Origin: Styela clava | Lineage: Eukaryota | DNA: 64,000 nucleotides | Reading direction: 5' to 3' | NCBI RefSeq assembly: GCF_964204865.1 | Contig: NC_135253.1 | Location: forward strand, 1,426,001 to 1,490,000 | Shown here: positions 41,353 to 51,042 of the stretch, in pieces | How positions within the stretch are numbered: position 1 is the stretch's first letter | Layout: the number at the start of each line of letters is the position of its first letter | Position numbers and translations under genes: made by a program | The notes under the pieces: generated by a model | Told to the model about the DNA's origin: nothing | What the model saw: only the letters and a program-made list of their open reading frames with translations | Databases searched by the model: none

Positions 41353-41483
41353 TCTACTGACTTGCTTAGTAGATCTTGAAATCTTTTACCAACTTGTTTG
41401 CAATAGTGTAAAATTGTTTACTAACTTGGTCAGTAAAGCCAAATCGTTTACTAACTTGGTTAGCAATCGACAAAATCGTTTAC
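41353..41483 (-). repeat. Array of four imperfect 30-33 bp hairpin-forming repeats in the BEL leader
   Basis: Units at 41353-41373, 41384-41404, 41417-41437 and 41447-41467 share sense-strand CAAGT-x-RGTA. Confidence 0.8.
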
Positions 41484-42316
41484 TATTACGGCCGCTGTTC
41501 ACGATGCTACGAATCTAACAGTCTATTTAACCCTTTTGTCGCAGACTCGCAGTCGTATGTTCCGCCGTGTAGGTATAACCGTCGTTTAACTCACTGCTGC
41601 ACTCACTGAAACCTGGAAACCCCAAGAAACTGTCCAACACAATGTTTTGATGTTACTTCCAAATCGTGTTCAAAAATGACCAAATGAAATAACTTAGATG
41701 TTATGAAGCGTTCCAAAATAGTGTCTCAGCGGACTGATGAAATGTTCCAATATAAAGTCTCAATGAATTGAAGAAGTGTGTAAACTGCAATTAAAATAAG
41801 AGTAAAACTTATAAGCAAAACACAACAGTGATGATCTAAAAAATACCAGAGACATTGGCAAAATACAGTATAGGCTACCGGTACTTGATCACACGATAAA
41901 GAAGGCATGAATAACTTATGAATAAAGAGCAGACAATAACTTGTCCACACAGTGTTTTACTTATTCTATACTAATATGAATTTGGAATGAAAATCATATA
42001 TTAAGCAAGTAGGAACACTCAGCAAATGAATTCCTAAATACAGAAATATCTTCACATAAAATATGACTTACCGATTTTTTCGGCTAATAATATCACAAAC
42101 AAGCAGGTACTTCAATATTTAACATTTAAACAATCTTAACTGTATGGAAAAAGAATAATATATTAGACCAAATCAGAGAAGCACAAACCCTGTCAGCCTG
42201 TTCAACAAAATCCTGAAAATGGCGCAACCACGAGACAAACTTGCGCAACAATCTAAAGTACCACAATGAGGCGACAAAGGGCAATAAATAAAATGACGGC
42301 TGAGCCATCATTTACA
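41484..42316 (-). repeat. 5' LTR of BEL/Pao element
   Basis: Direct repeat of 34035-34867. Confidence 0.96.
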
Positions 42317-42630
42317 AAGCCGTTCACGTGTTCTATTGCTTCGATTTGTAAGCCACCACGCTGCAAACTTGCTTGCAAAGTGTGAAATCCCGTGTCGCAA
42401 TCGTCCGTGAAACCGCTTTTGATAAGAGAGAAATAGAAATAGTGAAGAAAAAGAGTTTCACGCAGAACCGCTCTCGAATTAAACAAGCGATAAAACTGCC
42501 TTCCCGGCGCAATTTTGACACTTTGGCAGTCACATGATTAGCCGATAACTATCGGTAAAATTAGCCGATACCGATAGTTCAAAATTTGTGAAAAACAAGG
42601 CCGATATATCGGTCGGGCCCTAATCATAAT

Positions 42631-43350
42631 TATGATTGTTTTGAGCGCACAAGAGATGATATTACCGGCTTCATATCTAGTTTGTCTTCATATTTCTCAA
42701 AATCGATGGCAATCTTGCTTTCAACACTTAAAATTTCTTCACTAAATGTAGCAATAAAGGTTTTTTCCTCATTTTGTATAGTACTGTCTTCTTCAATTAG
42801 AGCCATTTCCATAATATCAATTAGACAGACCAAAAATGCTATTTTATCGTTAGCATCATGAAACAGTATTTTGACCTTTTCAAAATCTCTTTTTAGGAGA
42901 GAGTGCTCAAATCTTGTAAAAATTCTATCCAAAATCCTTTGGGTACCGGAAACTTACTCTTGAGTAGTTTGAAATTCTGACCTTGAAAATATTCTGCCAT
43001 TGTTAGTTGGCATTCTTGCTTTGATGTATTGCTGAATCCCCGAGAGGTTGAAGAAGAACTGCTTGATTCGGAATCCAGTTCGTAGATGTGGGTGCTGTAT
43101 CTTTAAATGTACCTAATTTGAATTCCTGCCCATTGACAAATCAACCTTGCCTACTATGTCTCTTTAACTAATACATATCCCGAAATGAAACTAATAGATT
43201 TCTCCCAAGATCTGACAAACAAGAAGGATGAATATTAAAATAAGTACAAGCAACCAGGCACAATACAAAGCAAGAATTACCAATTTACTTACATTTAAAT
43301 GAGGCTTTGTCAGAACAGATTATCCCAATGTTAGAAACTTAAGAAAATAG
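42631..43350 (-). pseudogene. Unidentified decayed coding sequence interrupted by the hAT element (appears to continue at about 33220-32950)
   Basis: 100-aa helical, acidic ORF at 42630-42932 extends in frame upstream through one TAA to an acceptor near 43113. A small upstream exon-like block ends in GTAAGT at about 43290. No family recognised. Confidence 0.35.
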
Positions 43351-43531
43351 ATTATTCATACCCAATGACTCTAGCACCAATAACAAGCTCTTGTGAATAC
43401 ATCTAAACACAGTCTAAAGTACTGGACAGTTAAACATAACATCGCGACGGGATGAACCAGACGTAAACACACCAAAAGTAAGTATTAATTAACAAGATAA
43501 ATCAGTCAAATGTTCAAACCAACATCTACAC

Positions 43532-43975
43532 CAGGGTGGTCCAAGGTTGTCGACTCCGGGGGCCACAAAATTATTTTTGCATTGTTCGCGGGCCACGATA
43601 GTGCCAAGAACAGTTAAGCAGTGCAATACGAAACAAACACTTCTATTGTGTAAACACGTAATTATCATGCATTGCCAACCTAGGCTAGTGGACTCCGCAT
43701 CTGGATTTTAGTTATCTATGATGCCTATATTGTTAGCATATATTCCCGACCAAACGATAGAAAGCCAGATAACAATTTAAACTGCCCATAACAACACCAT
43801 TTAACTTCGCTAACCATCAGCCTCAGCTAGCCATAATACTAGTCAATTCAGCAGTAGTGATATAACAATACGTCACAAACATTTTCTGATTAATTTTATG
43901 AAAAGCAAACCAGAATACGATTTTTTGATTACTCTCCGAAGGCGACGCGGGCCATATTAACAAAACGGCGGGCCC
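43532..43975 (+). mobile_element. hAT (Charlie-like) MITE, right end lost; same family as 56215-56687
   Basis: Begins CAGGGTGGTCCAAG and is colinear with 56215 to about 56650. It then switches to a different terminus (CTTTGGGAATCATTG at about 44017-44031). Confidence 0.85.
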
Positions 43976-45160
43976 CTTCTGTATCGTCTTCGCCCGCCGG
44001 GGGGCGATATCGCCCACTTTGGGAATCATTGGCTTAGTTAGGTTATTATATGACCAAACGTCCTAAGCTAAATATTTGTGCGACACAAACCCTATTCGTA
44101 GTCCACTTATAAAATGTAACTCAAGTTTACAGACAAGTTGAAGATAGGAAGTAAGTGTACATGAATAATATAAAATCCGGGCGTGATGATTATGTGACAA
44201 AGAATATTTTGATATGTCATTACACAGTGCAACAGTACGACTTAACCGGAATACCGGTAGGTGCTCGCCACTAATACAGTCTAGTAATACTGTAATAATT
44301 AGTTCAGAAGATCCAGTGTGCTGCGAAGACACACAAATAGGTTCGAAGTTCACGATGCAAACGAAGAGACTTTATTAAAATAGTGTAAAATCCACGCTTA
44401 AAGCAGATAAAATAAGAGCGACAAAATACGGTCCTTACCCAGCGACAGCAGAAGCAAGAAGAATGGCACTGCGAATCCGCAGCACAGTTCAGGAGTAACC
44501 GAAACCAACTGTCGGGCGAATTAGGCTCAGACTCCACACACCAATGCATATGCAATAACTAGACACGAAATATAAATAAAATACAAAACAATAAAAAATA
44601 GTACAACTCCAGTCCCTCCACACACAGCTTTACCCCAAATTACCAGTCGTTCTGGACAACCTCGATATCAACAATGGACAAACGCTTTTATTCGCATTTC
44701 GATGCAGTAAGCAGTTTGAAGTTTGAGAATCAAATGACTTGAGCTACCAAATTTTTCGGACGACATATCAAAGGCGGATTTCCAACGTGACAATGTTTGC
44801 ATTATCAACTTTCGTTCCCACAACCTAGCTAAAAAGTATCTGATGCTTCCCCATGCAGCCGACACCCTTCTCACACAACAATGTTTATTTCCACACATAT
44901 TACACCACAATGATCTCAGATTACAACATAAATATCCGTTTCTATAACTTTGCGCGGATATATGACCCCTATGCGTTTCTGATTGCGCTCCTAGTTTCAA
45001 CCATTTAAAACGAAGGGGTTCGACGGGAGCTAGCAGAAATGTTGTTGGGGCTCGGCAGGCTCGCAAAAGTTAAAATGTGTCAGTTTGTATATCTGCGATA
45101 AACTATATTTATTTTTGCATAATTAATAGACTGGTTAAATAATTCAGGTTGAGAAACAAT

Positions 45161-45679
45161 GGACCTTCCACGAGCATGGACTTCTTTGTTTTCTTCGTGA
45201 CATTGGCCAATCAGCAAGAAGCAAAAAAAAAAGGTAACAATGCTGCCTTTTCGCATCCGCTCAGACACTTTTCTCATTCAGTGAGCATATATAGCTCAGA
45301 CAGATTTCCAAGTGTGGTCGTAAACATTACCTCGTTTCACGTTTTTATACTCTATTTGTTAGTTTTCAGTTGTGTTTCGGAAACTTAAATATATATAAAT
45401 CAGATAATTCAATGATCACTCTGTCTTCCTGTGAGTTTTAATTTAATTGCAGTAATAAGAAATAAGTGTAGAAATAGCTGTGATAGACTAGGCTAAAATT
45501 CTTTACCGGTACTTTTAAAAAACAGATTGTTGTATGCGATGTATCAGAATGATGGTTTGAAAAACATACCCCATTTTACAGGCGCCAACTCGTGAAAGCA
45601 CTCTTAAAATAGCCCCGAAAATTTTGCAAGAGTAAAGTATAGAAAGAAATTTTTGGGGGTCAAAGGTGGGGAAAGATCC
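45161..45679 (-). mobile_element. Non-autonomous DNA transposon copy 2 (probable ISL2EU derivative)
   Basis: Ends GGACCTTCC...GGAAAGATCC, flanked by AT on both sides (AT TSD is typical of ISL2EU); inverted relative to 24285-24901. Confidence 0.8.
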
Positions 45680-46199
45680 ATGAGCTCTGGTTGAATCACA
45701 AAAATAATTCCTCATGTTCTGAACCACCTTGAATTTACATCCACTAGGTGACGCAACACGAAAATGTTATTTTTATTAGTGCTCCTCCCGCGTTCGACGG
45801 AGCAAGATCATCATCTCAAATTTCGCGTGACGTCATAACCACGTGACAAAGTCGCTCGACCGAAACTGCAGGTATATCTCGCTGGACTGTCGTCTGCCGT
45901 GAACTGTTTTGCGCGTTCGTTTCCTGCAGTTGTGTTTGAAAGCATAGCCTATCTATTTTGTAGCGTTAGTTGGTATAGCCTATGTTTGCACGGCATTTGT
46001 TTGTTCCTGTAGCTTAATAGTACAAGGCTTTATGATAATATGTTACGATGAGACAGGGTGTTAGAACTGCAGTATTTTTGGTTTGCCTGGTTCTGTAACA
46101 GTTTTTTGCCTGTCATTTCCAGATTTTTAACAGCATATGGTACTGTACGTAACGCGTATATAGACTATAAATAATCTCCTTTTTATTGTTGTGCATTAA

Positions 46200-48330
46200 T
46201 CCATATAATGGCGTCGTCAGCTTCTGTATATAGCATTCACCACCCGGATTTCAATACAAAAAAAACGCTAGCCTACTTTGAGAAAAATTTAAGATGTCTT
46301 ACTTGGAAGAATGAACCTAGGCTATATGTCACCACAGGATGCATGAGTGGATGAAACATCTCTATGGCCAAAGGTTGAATAACCTGACATATATTAATAT
46401 CTCATCAATACACCTGGAATATACACAAAAGATGCCATGAAAAACAGGAAGAGTTTGGAAGCATACAAAATTAAACCGTTCCAGCGTTCGGTGTACAAGC
46501 TATTAAAAATTTGACAGTGGAATGTTTTTTGTAACTAGAGTATACTTGGGCTCGGGCAAGTAATCGTTTCGGTCTATTGATAAATACTTCACAGCAGTCT
46601 ATGATGCCAATCTTGGGAAGTATTGTCGAAAAAGTGGTGGTAGTGTTTTAATATTTGCTTCACAGTCCAACAAATCAGAAACGACATTTTGTTTTTGGTT
46701 AAATCAATCCAGCGCCAGAATGCGCTGTCAAGATTTGATTTGGACAAATCGAATATGTCTGCTAACGTATCAAAATGTTCGTTTAAGCTTAGTTTCATGA
46801 GGGTCATGAGCATTTTACAATGGCACGAATCTGGCAAACAGGGGCAGAGGAAATTGAACATAACATCAAATGTTTCTACTGGTTAACCAGTATAGTAAAT
46901 GAATTTTTTTGGCTATTTGCTCAAGTTCTTGTAACTGAAAATGTTAAAATTTTCTAGTTTTTCCACTGCCTCATTTCTCTCCATTCTAAGCTGCAAAAGT
47001 TCTGCCACAAAGTTTTCTAAATTGACTAATTTGTCTAAAGCTTCATCTTTCTCTTTTCTGATTCGTAAATTTTACTCCTCGAGTAAGTCCAATTGATTTT
47101 CTTTGGCGGTTGCATTCACTATGAGATGAAGCTGCAGTATCGACTGCTTTTGGATTTCTATTTTATGACTTTTTGCTTTTTTATGCGAACTGTACTGTAT
47201 ATTTATTCATTGTATCCGTTTTTATTTCAACTTGTTTTTGTGAAAACAAATAAACGATTGATTGATATGCACACTTCTATCTTTTACACTGCTGTATCTG
47301 GAAAGTCTTTTCAAATCGGATTTACTTGAGGCGGCCGAATATACAAAAATTGATAGAATATAGTCTGGATGGCAGGGATCTCTAACTGGTTTGCCTAAAA
47401 AATAAATTTCTTGCAATTTTTTTGACATGACAACACGTCGGATACTTTCAGAAATTAAATATTTCAGTTTATTTCACCAATGAAGAAGTGCAGTGGTACA
47501 GTGCATAAGTGTAAGTCAGGAAAAAAACACAATAAAGAGCATTACAAGAGTTAAATTACATATCAAAAATAGAGCAATTCCACAAATAAAAAAACTATTG
47601 GCAAACATATGGATACTTACCACTGATAAAATGTAGTCATTTGGGCCCGTTGGATTTCACGCCTTAGATAGATAGTTTATTTTGAAAACTCCATAACAGA
47701 CATAAATTAAAGATGGAGAATTCTGGAGAGCAAGCAAAACCAACATATTCTCAAGCAAAGATATTGTGGGGAGTGGAATGTAATAAATTGGCAAAGATAG
47801 TCATACTCATGAGTCATGAAGCCATGAAAGCTTCAAGAAGAACCAAGCCATGAAAAACTACACTGATTGCTAGATGGGGCATTGCGGAAAAGGTGATAAG
47901 TGAGTTTAATATACAAACAAACGCAAAATCATGACGGCAAATTCGATGTGCGGACACTCATAAAAACAATTATCAAGAAAAACACTAATCACATGTGAAC
48001 AGGTCTGTATCCTAATCGATATATTGACGTAGCCAGCATTGTTAAAACAGTATACACACAGAGAGAACAAAACAAAAATATGCCAATAAATGAATGTTTA
48101 AATACGTTGAACATTGATATGATCATAGTAAGTTACCCTGCAAACTATTGACACATGTTATATAGTTAAATACTCATTTAGTATTCGTTCCATCGCTGTT
48201 ATTTCTGCGACACGCTGCACACCTTTGTCGCCGTTCACTTCCTATTCGGGAACCTGAAGTATCCTTATTGATATTCGCTTTGTTCCTGCATCCAAAAGCG
48301 ATACAATATATAGTTATCTTGCACCGTTAC
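46200..48330. mobile_element. Decayed ISL2EU (PIF/Harbinger-related) transposon: THAP-HTH transposase remnant (-) convergent with second-ORF remnant (+)
   Basis: Minus strand: YCIAFGCRN...YFRFP...ACRRN (about 48310-48190), HFISG|gtaagt (about 47621), ag|GKPVRDPCHPDYILSIF (about 47394), YTG, LMTLMKLSLN...LADIFDLS...FWRWID...LICW (46589-46861). Plus strand: DETSLWPKVE.PDIY.YLINTPGIYTKDAMKNRKSLEAY (about 46350-46470). Termini not found. Confidence 0.75.
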
Positions 48331-48628
48331 GTCAAGCAGTAGACAAAAATAATGTAACAAACCTGTAGTCCCGGTTAGCGCGTATACCTGCAGTTTTCGT
48401 CGCCTGGTAACCGTTGGTCACGCATGAATGCGTCAGAATTACATAGGTAAATTCCGATAGGTTTATGTAGATATTCCACCCGTCAGAGGAACCGTTAATT
48501 TTCTCATTTGAGTGCAATAACATACGGACCTGGATACCGGTACTTACCATTATTTGTGTCAATTGTCAATCGTTCACCCAAACAGGAAACTGGAAAAAGC
48601 CAGTTTGTCAGAAGTCGAGGAAGTGTAA

Positions 48629-48680
48629 TACCGGTACGGTACGGTACCGGTACTGGTACCGTACTTCAGTACCGTACTGA
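48629..48680. repeat. (GGTAC)n-type self-complementary simple repeat
   Basis: TACCGGTACGGTACGGTACCGGTACTGGTACCGTAC...GTACCGTAC. Confidence 0.75.
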
Positions 48681-51042
48681 CTGTAATAGCTAGTTTCAGA
48701 GTTTAGATAATATCAAAAGATTGCATTCAGTGCAGTTTAGTTTTTTTTAGCAGTTAGCCTACGGTATTACAGTAGCTAGTAGGCCTAGCCTAGGCATGCA
48801 AACTGAAAAAAGTTTGACAACCACTGCCCAAGACTGCAAGACAAAATCATGTCACGACAAAAGCATGTTCAGTTTCAGAAGCTATTTTGTTATGAATACA
48901 GAAATAGAAAAATTCAAAAATGCTAGTCTAGGGTGGTCTGGTGGTGTAGCCAGTCTGAGGACGATTTCATTCAAACCGCTATAAAACAAAAAGCAATATT
49001 TCTAACCCATTAATTAGGTATGTTACAAAAAAATTAAAGTTCATCCGATTTAAATAAAAACTGCACCAGTGGATAGATCTAAGTGAAAATAAGAAAACAA
49101 TACCAAGTTTGCAAAAAATGGTCAAGAATTAACGGAGATATCTGCATTTAAGTACCGCCCGATAGGCCAATTTTTTCCATAAGGATTGTATTGCGCCGAC
49201 TCAAAAACTGTGACCGCGAGAATGTCAGACCGATAAACAACAGAATGTATCTCGGCTATTTTTGGAGGTAATCGAAAAAAATTTTGAACGAAAAGTTATT
49301 GCAGTATTGTGAATAGAAGAACGTAATGCAAAAAAGTTTACAAATTCTTTTTAACGATATTAGCTGCTTTTCAATTAATTATGTACGAGAAAGTTTCTGA
49401 ACTTTACATAACCTCTGGTCGGCAACGACTTTCCCAATACGCAAGTCCCCGCATACGCGGCAATTAACTGATTTAGCGTTTTTCATATCCGACCTTAATG
49501 AACGATTAATTATCATTTAATATTCCTTAACTCGTAGGAGATTTACCGCGCTTAGTGAAACACAAAACGAGAGAAATCGCTGCGAGGGAAAATGTCGGCA
49601 TTCAGTCGATAACTGATGCGCGTTGACCGACGCGTGCTAAGATCATACTTCTCGTGCCTTGAATTAATTTGTACCGTTTCGTAAACGTATGCGAATTGAC
49701 TTTTTTCAATAAGAACTTTAATAAATATGAAAAAAAAAACACATATCAATCTTTAATTTTTCGATGTGCGTCACATCTAAGAAAATTCAGATTACTTTAG
49801 GATTTTATTCTGGCAACGATCATTGAGGCCGTCGGAAGATCGTCGCAAATCAACCCTGGAGTTGAGCATATTAGTTTGACAGTGCCTCGTTGCGGGTAAT
49901 AATTAACGATGTTCTGATTGAACAAACTTCATAAAAATTGGTAAGTATCAAGTTAGGAATGACATACATGCGTCCATATATATTTTATTGGTGTCCATAG
50001 ACAATATCATTAATTTGCAGTACGTATAACTTTAGCGTAATTTTTAAAAGCCCCAAATGTTGGGAAATTTATGCGCTAATGAAAAAATTCGAATACCAAA
50101 TCATAGTTGCGCATTTTATCTAAGTTATGTCCAAATTTCATGAAATTCCAAACAACAGCAAGCAGTCCGTAGTCGTTTTTATGAGCGGTATTCTGACACG
50201 GCGTTACGGTACTTAGCAGATGTGGTGCGTACATTTTTTGGCGCGAAAAAGCGCGTTTTGTAACATTCCTACATTAATTTTCTCACCGTAGGTGCATAGG
50301 CATTTATTCTACACGCTAAACCTCGAATTAACTACGACCAGGCTGCCAGGGGTTAAAGCTATACAAACCACCAAAGTACGACACTCGGAAGACATATTTG
50401 CGACCGAACGACCTGTGTACGACCACATATTTCAAGCCTTGAACATCGTTTCTGCTGCGTCGAGACTAGAGCATACGGTACGCAGCCATGCGTGAAAAAA
50501 TTGGGCTTCTAATTGTATTTCTAACTGTCATATATTTCAAGAACACGGTCATTTCGAACAAAACTCGTCAAATTATATACAACTGTACGAAGCACCGCAT
50601 CACAGCAATCGACAAAATATTATTGACGTAAGATGGGTATAAGAAACACAACTCTACCCCCTTGCCAAGTTTCATCTTTATATCTCTTATATTTGTATGG
50701 ATTTTCAAGTTTTTTTAAACGGACAATGGGTAGTTGGCGACATGAAAAAATGGTACGTTTTTTTTTCTTCGGTCAGGTTTTCGGTCAGATGTTTGTGGCC
50801 GCATTTTAGTGTAATTTCGCAGCGCTATTAGGGACAAGTGGACGATAACACGCGGGAAATATCGTCACGGTTCGTTAATTTTTCAGCATTAATTAGATCG
50901 ATGAAGTTGATGGCCGCAAATAGATCGTGGCCGCAAAGTGGGTAAGCCACCCTACTGTTCACTACACATCCTGACATCTCATGTTTACTATTATCGAACT
51001 TTTTAGATTCCAGGATTTTCTGAAATATCGCATAAAGTAGAT

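Larger units (their letters stand above)
34035..42316 (-). mobile_element. Full-length BEL/Pao LTR retrotransposon (8282 bp)
   Basis: Two 833-bp LTRs at constant offset 7449; 5-bp TSD AAGCC at 34030-34034 and 42317-42321; polypurine tract AGGGGAGCCA (minus strand) abutting the 3' LTR at 34868-34877; single gag-pol ORF. Confidence 0.97.
33229..42622 (-). mobile_element. Internally deleted hAT DNA transposon (about 1.1 kb of its own sequence) carrying a nested BEL/Pao element
   Basis: 16-bp TIR TAGGGCCCGACCGATA / TATCGGTCGGGCCCTA; perfect 8-bp TSD ATCATAAT at 33221-33228 and 42623-42630; CCGATA subterminal repeats. Confidence 0.95.

Noticed and set aside
41353-41483. CRISPR-like repeat-spacer array
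   Set aside because: Units are imperfect, spacers are only about 10 nt, the context is a eukaryotic retrotransposon leader and there are no cas genes.
44291-44626. Possible solo LTR (TG...CA with minus-strand AATAAA)
   Set aside because: No matching TSD and no second copy.
44668-45066. 132-aa Cys-rich minus-strand ORF
   Set aside because: No recognisable zinc-finger spacing or family motif, and it lies among transposon fragments.
48931-50952. Possible 2-kb DNA transposon bounded by TAGGGTGG...CCACCCTA
   Set aside because: The interior looks transposon-like, but the inverted match is only 8 bp, there is no ORF and no second copy in the window. The right end may instead be OMA1 promoter or 5' UTR.
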